Origin: a virus
Virus record (IMG/VR): IMGVR_UViG_3300037418_002133
Span: 32,001 to 96,000 of that record
Reading direction: 5' to 3' (one strand)
DNA length: 64,000 bases
The translations under genes and the position numbers were made by a program. Below the pieces are notes generated by a model. That model was not told the DNA's origin and searched no databases. It was given only the letters and a program-made list of their open reading frames with translations. Of the stretch, positions 40,452 through 50,350 are shown piece by piece (within the stretch, counting starts at the first letter, position 1; each line of letters opens with the position of its first letter).

Positions 40452-40802
40452 CTTAGTGAGTGGTTCCCACAATCTCGGGGTCTTTGGCCATCTGGAATAG
40501 AATATCCATGATCGCCGGCACCTTCAACGCCACAGAGAGCGCAACCAGTGTTTCACCAATCTTGAGTTGTTCGGGGGTGAACTGAGAGGGATCCGAGACG
40601 TTGTAGGTATTGAAAATCTGGACCGATCCGTCGGCCTTGATCACCAGGCCAGCATCGCCATCGGCGATCGGAGAGACAGGAGGTACGAGTTCTTCGATGG
40701 AAAATGGCACGTCAGATCCTTTGAACGTTAACTGCTGCGATACGCACAGTATAGCGTCAGAGCGTTGGCGAGCGCACGGTTATGCCAAGGTCTGCGAATC
40801 AA

Positions 40803-40830
40803 AAGCCCCGCGACGGGGTGTGCGGGGCTT
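40803..40830. terminator. Hairpin terminator
   Basis: AAGCCCCGC...GCGGGGCTT inverted repeat. Confidence 0.6.
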
Positions 40831-41180
40831 CCGTGAATAGAGCTTCTTGCTCGGAATAACGCGACCGCGTCGGTGCGGATCAGGACACCAACGGGTCGGA
40901 ATGCGCTGGTTCAGTTTGTCGAAATCGACCTTTTTGAGACGCTTTGCCATGACAGATCACCTTTACAAAATTATTCCCAACTTTTTTCGGAATTATGCAT
41001 TCCGGATACTGGTTTTTCTTGTGCGGACTCGACCCACATTATATCGCTTTTTAGCGTTTTCGCTAAATGGCGACGACGTAGGTAAAAAATCCGCGCTAAT
41101 AAGACAAAAATCCTGTTGACCAGCTAAAGAACATACAGGAAACATGGTCAGTACCCTCGCCTGTCATCAAGGAGATTATT

Positions 41181-41438
41181 ATGAGTTACCATAGTGTCGA
41201 GGAGTTCGCAGAAATGCGGTCTTCTCTTGCTCAACAACTAGTGTCCACCGCTGCTCGGTTTGCCGACGATCGTGGTTTGACGAAACTGAACGAAGCGGCG
41301 TTGCGACAACTCTCGACTCCTGTGAACGACGTGGCTTTGGAACTCCTTGTCTTTGGCGCCGATGCCTGGCCCGAATATGTTCGGCTCGACAACGGTAGCG
41401 ATTTCGCGAAAATGCTAAATGGAGAAAACGGCTCTTAA
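41181..41438 (+). CDS. Hypothetical protein
   Basis: AAGGAG RBS; TTGACC upstream. Confidence 0.6.
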   Translation: MSYHSVEEFAEMRSSLAQQLVSTAARFADDRGLTKLNEAALRQLSTPVNDVALELLVFGADAWPEYVRLDNGSDFAKMLNGENGS

Positions 41439-41697
41439 CGAAAACTGCCTTTCGCGAAACCGCTAAATCGTCCTTTCGTTATTGCGCTAAAGGACGATTT
41501 AGCGAATTGTTACCTCGATCGAATCCCAGGTCCGCTCCTCGCCCGCTTCGTCGAGAAGTTTGGTAAGCGCCTTCTGAGTTGCCTCCGTTGGCGTCGCGCC
41601 GCTGGCCTCGACCGTCCGGATCCGCTGATGGGCCGCGTTATACGCAATCGCCATTGCCGTAATCAGTGCCATTTTCCATCGTTCTTTCGTTAAATCG

Positions 41698-41970
41698 TTA
41701 TTTCGCCCAAGCGCTCTTTAGCGAATTGACGCCACGGAGCGCCTCCTTTGCATCGTAATTCGGGTGATTTTGCCACCATTTCAGTTTTCGCTCGCAGATG
41801 GTAAGTTCTTTTGCCGCCTGCATTTTCTCCGCTGTCGTGCCATTCTGATGCATAAAGGTCAGATATAGCAGGTTTTCGTAGTGTCTGAGGTAGCCCTTCA
41901 CAGCATTCAGCTTGTGAAAGTCGACGGCGCCGGTGAACGGCTCGCGCTGCTCGGAATAAATCAGGCTCAT
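41698..41970 (-). CDS. Hypothetical protein
   Basis: CC-N9-CC promoter upstream. Confidence 0.6.
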   Translation of the reverse strand: MSLIYSEQREPFTGAVDFHKLNAVKGYLRHYENLLYLTFMHQNGTTAEKMQAAKELTICERKLKWWQNHPNYDAKEALRGVNSLKSAWAK

Positions 41971-42542
41971 CGCGTTCTCGCTAAATCGCTAAATCGTGAA
42001 TTAACGATAGCGCGTCGCACGTCGGGATGCGGCTGGCGATTGCACCCGTCGAACGGCAATCGCTAAAGAGCGAAATCGCTAAATAGCTCGTTCGCTAAAA
42101 CGCGATTAGAGCGTCACTGAGCGTCGGATCGATTGAGACGTACAATGCAGCGTTAAGACGACGACAGCGCATCAGCGCGCGTTCCTGCTCGATCCCGGTG
42201 ATGCTGTAGATCGCGAAATAGCGTTTTCGCTAAATCGCGATCTAACAAAGCGGTGAATAATAGTTCATTTCACGTGGAACGAATTAACGGAACTTTAAAC
42301 AGTTCCACCCTTCGCCTGATAGGCGGGGCAACCCTCGCAGTCCGAGGGGTATTTCAACAAATGGCCGGCGAGGGCGTTGCGCGAGAGCCACCTGGGCACG
42401 TTGAGCAACTGGTCCGGCGCCTCATCCATTGCCCAGCCACACAGCATCGGACCCTCGATCTGGCGCTGATCACCGGTGAGGGCGTCCACCTCGACAGCAT
42501 TCTCGGCGCGCTGGGCGAAACGACAGGGGATCATGACGGATC

Positions 42543-42902
42543 CTAGGTCTGGGGGAGGGGGCGCCAATGCGTCGCCTTGAAGAAAAAGAGCCCATCTCCA
42601 TTGTCGCGGTAAACACCGCGTTCTTCGCAGGCTGTGAAATTTGGCTTTGTCGAAATAGGGCGCCAGATGTTCGGCGGAACCGCGACACGCAGCGGCTCAA
42701 AATTGTCGGCAAAATAGTCCGCAGCGACTAGCCATTTGTCGGCGTGGTTCTTCGGGTTGCGAGCGATCATGTCACCGGTCTTGGGTGATCCATCAGCCGC
42801 ATCGACGGCGGAAACACTCACGCCGCTCATGTCGAAGTCTGGCGTCCAGGGCTGCATTTCCGCGATTTGCGTTCTGCGGTACTGGGTGAAAGTGTCGCTC
42901 AT
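42543..42902 (-). CDS. Hypothetical phage protein
   Basis: GGAGG RBS; GDMIARNPKNH.D.WLV motif. Confidence 0.55.
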   Translation of the reverse strand: MSDTFTQYRRTQIAEMQPWTPDFDMSGVSVSAVDAADGSPKTGDMIARNPKNHADKWLVAADYFADNFEPLRVAVPPNIWRPISTKPNFTACEERGVYRDNGDGLFFFKATHWRPLPQT

Positions 42903-43095
42903 GGGCGTAGCCCTCCCAACTTGTGCTTTGTTCGTTGAAGACGGCGTCGCTGTGCGCGGGTCAGTTCCGGCGGTGCAAAAACGGACGCTTCTTTGATCGC
43001 CAGTTCTTCGCGATTCCGCGCCTGCGCTTTGTGAAACGCCTCCAGTTTTGCCCGATAGTAGTCGTCGGGCGACATGGGATGGTTGAAATCCACCA

Positions 43096-43788
43096 TCACA
43101 CCGCCTCCACGCGCTCAAATCGACCATCTTCGAACTCAGCGACAGGACGGACCCAGTAGCGATCGTCATCGCCGCGGTAGATCACAACCTCATCCTCGTC
43201 CTGGAGGACGGTCTCGGCCGCGATCTGCAACGTGCCGCGCCCGATCTCGGTGTAGGTTGTGCCGCGCTTCTTGTGGCGCCAACGGGGAAGGGGATCTGCC
43301 GAGGGATAAGCCTGTGTCACCACAGGCTCACTCTCTCCCGAAGGTAGAGAGCTGAGACAACCCTCGGCAGAACGACTACCTGGTAAACCAGGTTCGTCAT
43401 CGTAGGCCGCGGTTTCGATTGCGCTACACCATGCGTCACGATGCGTTCGGCAATCTTCCAACGCCTCCCGCAGCACATCGTCACCGGCCTTGGCGGGCTC
43501 GGGGATGAGGGCGGATGTCATGTTGTCAATTTGCGTGAGAAGCCCGATCAAGTCGCCAGTTAACGGCTTCCATTCTGGAGCGGTGGCCTTGTAGTGCTTT
43601 TCCCAAAGCGCAACAGCGAGACGCTCGGCGTAAGCCGCCCCCGCGCTTGACGCTGCGGCGAGACGTAGGGCAGCGACTACTTCCGTCGACTGACGAATGC
43701 CAAGCTGTTGCGGCCTATCGCCGTGCATCGTGAAAAGGCCATCCGATGCTTCGATTTGATCCGCCAGCGTCGTGTATTTGTCGGTCAT
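43096..43788 (-). CDS. Hypothetical protein with C-terminal DUF1653-like domain
   Basis: WRHKKRG..Y...VVIYR...WVRP..EF. Confidence 0.55.
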   Translation of the reverse strand: MTDKYTTLADQIEASDGLFTMHGDRPQQLGIRQSTEVVAALRLAAASSAGAAYAERLAVALWEKHYKATAPEWKPLTGDLIGLLTQIDNMTSALIPEPAKAGDDVLREALEDCRTHRDAWCSAIETAAYDDEPGLPGSRSAEGCLSSLPSGESEPVVTQAYPSADPLPRWRHKKRGTTYTEIGRGTLQIAAETVLQDEDEVVIYRGDDDRYWVRPVAEFEDGRFERVEAV

Positions 43789-44142
43789 GCTTGTCTCCAA
43801 GAAAGGCGTGGGGGCTGTGTGACCTTGAACCCTGTCGAGACCCCATAGGAGCGGGAAGCCGAGCAGGTCACTTTTCGTTGTTCGCCGAGCCCCGGCAGCG
43901 TCAAAACTAGGCTTCCCTTCGCGAAACGGTTGAAACACTTGGCAGGACTGCGACAGATCACGGGTGAGCAAACTTGGAGGAAAACACACTCGCAATTGAT
44001 ATGGCGGGGCAATCGCCACGTCGCAGTCCAGCTAAATGTTTCGAGAGACATGCGGGAGTGCGACCCGCTTCAACGCCAATAACTCAGCTCCACGTATTCG
44101 CACTCCCTGCAATCGATAGCCGCGGCTACCAATTGGTCTCGA

Positions 44143-44838
44143 TCAGAGCGCCTTCAGGCGCTCCGCAATCTTCGAATTCGGGTTGATCGTCAGCGTCTGA
44201 CCCGAACGTGATGCGATGCCGACGACGTCGAACAGCACCATGATCTGACCCGCTTGCGAGCGCGCCGTGCCTTCGTTGTAGCCAGCACCCGAACGGCTCG
44301 AACTGGCGCGCAGCGCAGCGACGAGATCGGCGTTGGTCACCTCACCCTTCGCGACGAGAGCCTCGAAGCACGCCATCACGTAGACGCTGGGCTTCTTGCC
44401 GACCGACAGAGAGCGGAACAGATTGTCGAACTTCTCCGCGATTTTCTTCTGGGTCGGCATCCGACCGATAACCTTCGCCTGATTTTCGATCAGATCGTCG
44501 GTGTCGCCGGCGAACGTCGTGTCCAGGATGAAGAAATCGGGATCGATGCTCGAAAGCTCCTTCGGAGCGCGGGGCGTCGCCGCCTTCTTGGCCTTCGCAG
44601 GCTTGGCAGCTTCGACAGCCTTCGGCTCGGACGCCTCGACATCGACGGTCGAAACTTCCTGATCGGCGTAGGCTTCGTCCATCGCTTCCGTGACCTCGAT
44701 CGCCGAAAGATCGTCGGCGCTCAAGGACTCGATGACGAGATCCTCGTTTTCTTCGCCGATATCGTCCATGTCCAGATCGGCGAGCATTTCGTCAACGCTG
44801 CTCGCGGCGTTGACCTCTTCGTGCAGAATCTTTTCCAT
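44143..44838 (-). CDS. Acidic N-terminus, putative winged-helix protein; distant paralogue of 32079 and 29161
   Basis: D/E-rich N-terminus; SVYV..., GTARSQAGQIMVLFDVVGI. Confidence 0.65.
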   Translation of the reverse strand: MEKILHEEVNAASSVDEMLADLDMDDIGEENEDLVIESLSADDLSAIEVTEAMDEAYADQEVSTVDVEASEPKAVEAAKPAKAKKAATPRAPKELSSIDPDFFILDTTFAGDTDDLIENQAKVIGRMPTQKKIAEKFDNLFRSLSVGKKPSVYVMACFEALVAKGEVTNADLVAALRASSSRSGAGYNEGTARSQAGQIMVLFDVVGIASRSGQTLTINPNSKIAERLKAL

Positions 44839-45561
44839 TTCACTCTCCTCGTTGCTGTCTTGTGTCGCGTCGTTCGCTACAGTCGAGAATATAGCGTGCT
44901 CACTTTTGGAATGCGGTTGGGACATTGCTACTTCTCAGTGGCAGTTGTCGTCGCCGGCGCCAGGCGTCCGAACAGCCCAAGACCGAGCAACAGAAAGCGC
45001 GCCACGGTCCAGCCGAGCAGTTGCCCGATGATCGAGAGAAGACCCATCACGACAGCGAACAGCGGCGTTCGCAGACATTGCCAAAGCGAAACGGGCGCCC
45101 ACCAGATGCTCTCGGCGATGCCCATGCGAACCGATTGAAGCCAGTCGCTGTTCTTGCCGAATTTCACGCGAGGAGTGCCCTTGCGCTTCGCAGCCTCGGC
45201 TTCCGCCTTCTTGCGACCCGTCACCGCGTCGAGCGCCTCAACCAGATTATCGATGGTCTTTTCCTGGTTCCGGAGCTGATTGCTGGCAATATCGATGATG
45301 GTTTTCAGTTTGCCGATGACATCGAGCGAGTGATCCATGATCGACTTGATCGGGACGTGGAGATCCATCAGATCATCCTTGTCGCAGCCCAATTCAGCCG
45401 CGATATAGTCCAGATCCTTGCTGTCCCGGTAGAACAGAGCCCAGGCGCGATCATTGTCGAGAGGGGCGGTCAATGCAGCTTCTCCTGCTTCAGGACGAGA
45501 TAAACGAGCGCGGAAAAGCTGCCTGTGAACAGGCAGCAGTAGACCGCGATTTCGAGCGGGC

Positions 45562-46035
45562 TCATTTCTTGGCGAGCGATTTGCGGTAGCGGGTGAGGCG
45601 GGCTTTGAACTTGGCGAGAAACTCAAGGCTCTCGGCGTTCAGCTTTTCGTTCCGCTTCTTGCTCATATTCCAGCGCGGATCTTCGACACGATAACTTGCG
45701 TAGTGATCGGTCATATCCTCGAACGAGGTCCAGCACCGACAACCGGCGATGATGTAGAACTTCTTGCCGTTCGGTTCGATGAACATGGCGAATTCATACT
45801 TGTCCGAACGCTTGAATGTCTTGCCGACGATCATCGGCTTGGCGCGCGACGCCGTGACGACTTGGCTATCTTCCTTCGCATAGTCGGGGTCGAAGTGTTC
45901 GGTATAGGATTCGTTCAAATTGATGAACTTGATCACACCGTTACGTTCTCGTTCGACCAGAACCGCGTTTGTTTTCACGCAATAGTCGCTCTCGTACACG
46001 AACCGATCGCCAGGCTTCAGTGCTGCCAAATCCAT
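45562..46035 (-). CDS. Hypothetical protein
   Basis: AGGAG RBS; IIAGCR.WTSF motif. Confidence 0.5.
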   Translation of the reverse strand: MDLAALKPGDRFVYESDYCVKTNAVLVERERNGVIKFINLNESYTEHFDPDYAKEDSQVVTASRAKPMIVGKTFKRSDKYEFAMFIEPNGKKFYIIAGCRCWTSFEDMTDHYASYRVEDPRWNMSKKRNEKLNAESLEFLAKFKARLTRYRKSLAKK

Positions 46036-46045
46036 TTCTTTTCTC

Positions 46046-46603
46046 CTATGCCGCAAGCGCAACGGCGCCTGTTTCGATTTTGAACCAACCCCAGTCGAGC
46101 CCGCGAAAGAACGCCTGTGCTGTGCAGTCCACGTCGTAATCTGCGGCGTGCGCTTTCGTCGGGTCGTAGGGAATGTCGAGCGCCCAGCACAGCGCGCCGA
46201 GGTTGGGCACCGTGCCCATTGGCGTCGCAAATCGACCCATCAGCATGGTGTCGAAGGTGGGCTTGGTGAGTCTGGGCAGCTTGATCCGCTCCAGCTCGAA
46301 ATTGATGAAGGGGGCGTCAAAGCCGTCCCAGTTGTGACCCACGACAAGATCACAACGTTCCATGACCTTGCGTAGATCGCCGGCGACGTCATCCCAGACC
46401 GGACAACCTTCAAGATCCGAGATCGAAATCTTGTGAACGGCCTGCGCCGCGGGTTGGATCGTTCGCATCGGATGGATGCGCTTGAAATAGTGACCTTTCT
46501 TCGTTCGGGTCGTCAGATCATAGAGGCCGACGTAGACCTCTATGATCCGGTGATCGCCGATCTCCAGACCGGTCGTTTCAGTATCGGCGACGCCAATCAG
46601 CAC
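46046..46603 (-). CDS. DEDDh 3'-5' exonuclease (DnaQ/epsilon-like)
   Basis: DTETTG, GHNWDGFD, DTM, HAADYD. Confidence 0.92.
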   Translation of the reverse strand: MLIGVADTETTGLEIGDHRIIEVYVGLYDLTTRTKKGHYFKRIHPMRTIQPAAQAVHKISISDLEGCPVWDDVAGDLRKVMERCDLVVGHNWDGFDAPFINFELERIKLPRLTKPTFDTMLMGRFATPMGTVPNLGALCWALDIPYDPTKAHAADYDVDCTAQAFFRGLDWGWFKIETGAVALAA

Positions 46604-46861
46604 TACGACGCCCTCGCCGAACGAAGGTGGGCGTTGTTCGCGTCATTGGCGACGACGCCGACGGAAGCCGTCATCAGCCGGCGGAGAACGCTGATACGAT
46701 GATTGGTGTCGTCGATCTCCTTGAGGAGATTGTTGACCTTGTAGAGGTCAATCTCGCCGTTGGCGCGGCGCGGGAAGCGACCGCAGATGATGATCTGTTC
46801 CAGAAGATCGTGCGTCTCAGCCTTCATGGCTTTGCTCCACAGTTGAGAAGGGCAGGGTGGT

Positions 46862-47284
46862 TTAGTTGCGGGGTTTCTCTGGTGCGTTGAGCTTCGCGGT
46901 CTCGTTGCGGATCCAGGATTTCAGGAGATCCAGACCGGGATTGACCACGTCCTTGACCGTGTCGGATTTGACCAGCTTCTCGCCCATTTCAGAGCCGGCG
47001 ATCAGAAGCATGGTTTGACGCGAAGGAACGAAGATCAGGCTTAGAAAGCAAACCAAAAACAGAATTATCTCAATTCGGAAGACCTTCTTCGTCTGAGCGA
47101 TTATCTCTTCCTTCGCGTTCTTGTAGAAATCGAGGTGCATAACATCGCTGTCCGGAAGCCGACAGAGAAACTGAATCCCGGTGAAAATTGCCGCGATGAT
47201 TGTGATGGTCAGGATGATCCCACATGCATCGCGAAACTGATCGACCAATTGAATCAGATAGACGAACCAAGAGAGCGAGTTCAT
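46862..47284 (-). CDS. Hypothetical membrane protein
   Basis: Two hydrophobic helices. Confidence 0.55.
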   Translation of the reverse strand: MNSLSWFVYLIQLVDQFRDACGIILTITIIAAIFTGIQFLCRLPDSDVMHLDFYKNAKEEIIAQTKKVFRIEIILFLVCFLSLIFVPSRQTMLLIAGSEMGEKLVKSDTVKDVVNPGLDLLKSWIRNETAKLNAPEKPRN

Positions 47285-47501
47285 TGGGGATCCTTTCAGC
47301 GCATCGTGTTTGCGGGAGTAGCGTCTGAGTCGTACCGACGCTGCCGATTGAGAAAATTCTGAATCTGCGCCTCTCGCGCGTAGCGAGAGTCGGCGATCGG
47401 ATAGTTGATGCGGCTGTAGAACCGCTTGCCGGCGTGATCGATGAAAACGTCGGTGCAAGGATGCCCTTCCGACGACACGCGGGCTTTGATGATTGCTGTG
47501 G

Positions 47502-48041
47502 TCATACGTGCGTCCAAGTTCTTCGCGCTCGAATGTCGCGAATCGTCTTTTTGCTAACTTTGAGACTTTGCGCTAAATCGCTGAGGCTTCCGGCTGGCGC
47601 CTGACGGATGATCAGCACCTGTGCCGGCGTCAGCTTGGAATTGCCGTTCGACGTTCCGCGGCTGGTTTTCAGGCCCTCACGATGGGCGTGCTTCTCGTTG
47701 TTCGCCTTGGACGACCATTCGAGATTGCAGACGGGATCGCGATCGAACCGCTCGATCCAGTTGTGCGACTTCACACCGTCGATATGATTGACCTGGGGCA
47801 GGTTGTCCGGGTTGGGCAGGAACGCCAGCGCCAGAACCCGATTCACCAGCACTGATTTCGAAATGCCTTCGAACGTTAGGGTGAAGTAAATGCGACCGGT
47901 CTTGGCGTGGGTCGAGAACACGATCTCCTTGAGACACATGCCGCCCGGCCGAAGAATCCGACCGTCCTTGTAGGGACGAATGGCGCCAGCGGCGATCGCG
48001 CGCAGAATCCACTCGTCCTTTTTGAACGCTGGATTACTCAT
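47502..48041 (-). CDS. HNH endonuclease
   Basis: AFLPNP..LPQVNHIDG.K..N...NLEW....N..H. Confidence 0.85.
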   Translation of the reverse strand: MSNPAFKKDEWILRAIAAGAIRPYKDGRILRPGGMCLKEIVFSTHAKTGRIYFTLTFEGISKSVLVNRVLALAFLPNPDNLPQVNHIDGVKSHNWIERFDRDPVCNLEWSSKANNEKHAHREGLKTSRGTSNGNSKLTPAQVLIIRQAPAGSLSDLAQSLKVSKKTIRDIRARRTWTHV

Positions 48042-48376
48042 GATTTCCACGTCCACTTGAACAACCAGAGCCACGCAACGGCGCAGATGATGAAAATGCC
48101 GATAAATCCGCCGACCAGACCGATCCAGGTGACAACATCGACGGCGACGCCAGCGAAGCTCAGATCCGTCATTTGAGGTTGTCCTTGAGGTTCTCGCGCA
48201 CCTCGTAGATCAGCTCCCAGGCATCCATCGGGATCAGACCTTGGGTGACCGCTGCAATCGTGTCTGCGACCAGCCACAGCGCGGCGTTCGACAGCCGACC
48301 CTCTGAATTGCGGAAAACCTGATCCTTAAGATGATCGAGCGATTTTCGCGCCAATTCAGAGCTATGGTCGGGCCAG

Positions 48377-49069
48377 TCAGACATTCAGGCCGCGCTCCTC
48401 TGCAAGAACGCGAAAGCGGCTCAGGAAGCGCTCCTCAGCTTCTTCCGGCGTCCAGTAGTGAAACATCGGAACGTCGCCGGCGAAGTCTTCCGAGAGGTAA
48501 TTGGCCGCGTTGGAGACGATGTTGCGCTTCAATTCGGCGCCCACGACCACTTCGTCAGCCCAGCGCACTTGCTCGGGATAGGGGAAGACAAGATTGAACC
48601 GGTTCGCGATCGCCACCTCGATCTGGCGTTCCAGCTTCAGGTAAATGTCGCTGTAGACGGGCAGATATTTCAGCGGACGAATGACGTCGCCAATGTACGC
48701 CTCAGCGCCATCATGTAGCAGCGCCTCAAGCGCGACCTCTCGCTTGACGACCATCGAGCACAGAATGCAGTGCTCGGCGACGCTCATCCAGCGCTTCGTT
48801 GCGCCGCCAAATCGACAGATACGGGACAGATGCCGCGCGATATCGTCGATGAAAACCTCTTCCGGCCGCGGATCGCAGGAGAAGAACAAGCGACCGTGCG
48901 CCGTGTATTGATAGTTCCCGATGCGATCGGGAAAGCCTGGGGCGTGAACAGCGCCCATCAGATCCGCAATCGACAGTCCATCGGCGACTCGCTTGATCTG
49001 CTCTGGCGACAAATCGAGACCCTTGGGTGTACCCGTCTTTGGCGTGCCACCCATCGTCATTGCGTCCAT
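48377..49069 (-). CDS. HD-domain phosphohydrolase (YfbR/YfdR-like)
   Basis: DIARHLS.ICRFGG, SVAEHC, LLHDGAEAYIGD. Confidence 0.88.
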   Translation of the reverse strand: MDAMTMGGTPKTGTPKGLDLSPEQIKRVADGLSIADLMGAVHAPGFPDRIGNYQYTAHGRLFFSCDPRPEEVFIDDIARHLSRICRFGGATKRWMSVAEHCILCSMVVKREVALEALLHDGAEAYIGDVIRPLKYLPVYSDIYLKLERQIEVAIANRFNLVFPYPEQVRWADEVVVGAELKRNIVSNAANYLSEDFAGDVPMFHYWTPEEAEERFLSRFRVLAEERGLNV

Positions 49070-49156
49070 TTTATCGTTCCTTTCAGAGGGTGTCGCGCGC
49101 TATAAGTCAAAACTGACTTACATTATAGCGCGCGACAACAGGGAGCAGACTGCTCG

Positions 49157-50350
49157 TTAGGCCGCTTTACGGATCAGGTTGCGCGACAGAGCGTCCCGAT
49201 CCAGCTTCAGCTTGTCGGAGATCTGACGAAGGGATCCGCCGTCGTTCAGCATCCGCTGCGCCTTGACCAGCTTCTTGAGGTATTTCGGGTCCAGATCGGC
49301 CAGGTGCGGTCGATTGGCGATCAGCTTCTTGAGCATCCGCACGTCCTTCGGGTCGATCTTCGCAGCCTTGACCGCGTCCTTCGGGCTGTTGCTGGTCTTG
49401 GTGATCTTCTTCACCGGCTTTTGCTTCTTCCGCTGGACACGATCAGCCTTGACCTCGACCTTCTTGACTTCGATCTGGCCGAGGCCCGTCACCTGCACCG
49501 TCTCGCTGATCGGCGCGTGTTGACCGGCGACGACTTCCGACAGAAGTTGAAGGGCCGACGGAATGTCGTGGATCGACTGGCTGTGGTACGCGATATCGAT
49601 GCCATCCTGCTCCGAGAAACGCGCGGCGATATGATAAGCCGCAACGCGCATCTTGGTGTCCTCGTTGAGGGGAACAGCGATGACGTCCTTCGGCTGAATC
49701 TTCACCAGACAGAGTCGACTGTTGGCGTACCAGAAACCCTTCAGATACGGACGGGACGCAATATGAAGCCCGGTCGAACACGCGACACGTCGATTGTCGT
49801 CGACCTTCGAGTCGGGCATGTAGACGAGCGAACCGACGTGCTGTCGAACCTTCTTCGAATGATGATCGACCATCGTGTCCTCGTCGACTTGGGCGAGAAT
49901 CTTAAAGCCGATGATCGAGCCATCGTCAGCGATCGGCAGGTCGGCGTTCTTCATGAACTTGGTCAGTTCGTCGATGGTGTGCTGGCGCTTGATTTCCTTG
50001 AACTTTTCCAGGAAGCGCTTGAAGCCTTTGGCGCCGTCGGCGTAGGCCCGATCGACGTGCATCTGCAAGGCGTCGGCGTCGACCGTGTGATTGCCGACCT
50101 GCACCTTGTTGCTGTCGTTTGCGGCGACAGTGACGGCGCCGTGCGTCAGCTCCTCGATCTGACGACCGATCGAGAAATCGCCGAGTTCGATTTCAGCCGT
50201 CTCGCCTTTGGCGATCTTCGGCATGATCGCCTCGACGATATCCGCAGTTCGAAAGCTGGCTTGCGGCAGCACTTCCGTATTGCCGTCGGCGAAAAACAGA
50301 GTGATGCCGACGTTATTGACGGCAGCACCGGTCACAAGTTTCTTTACCAT
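49157..50350 (-). CDS. rIIB: rIIB-like protein
   Basis: LPIADDG..IGFK, CSTGLH, VKIQPKDVIAVP, KMRV. Confidence 0.85.
   Translation of the reverse strand: MVKKLVTGAAVNNVGITLFFADGNTEVLPQASFRTADIVEAIMPKIAKGETAEIELGDFSIGRQIEELTHGAVTVAANDSNKVQVGNHTVDADALQMHVDRAYADGAKGFKRFLEKFKEIKRQHTIDELTKFMKNADLPIADDGSIIGFKILAQVDEDTMVDHHSKKVRQHVGSLVYMPDSKVDDNRRVACSTGLHIASRPYLKGFWYANSRLCLVKIQPKDVIAVPLNEDTKMRVAAYHIAARFSEQDGIDIAYHSQSIHDIPSALQLLSEVVAGQHAPISETVQVTGLGQIEVKKVEVKADRVQRKKQKPVKKITKTSNSPKDAVKAAKIDPKDVRMLKKLIANRPHLADLDPKYLKKLVKAQRMLNDGGSLRQISDKLKLDRDALSRNLIRKAA

Larger units (their letters stand above)
41040..42245. repeat. Cluster of (T)CGCTAAA/TTTAGCG repeats, candidate parS centromere
   Basis: About 10 copies and variants at 41050-41067, 41461-41504, 41978-41997, 42060-42100, 42226-42236; same motif in tandem upstream of parA (27261-27276). 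Confidence 0.6.
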
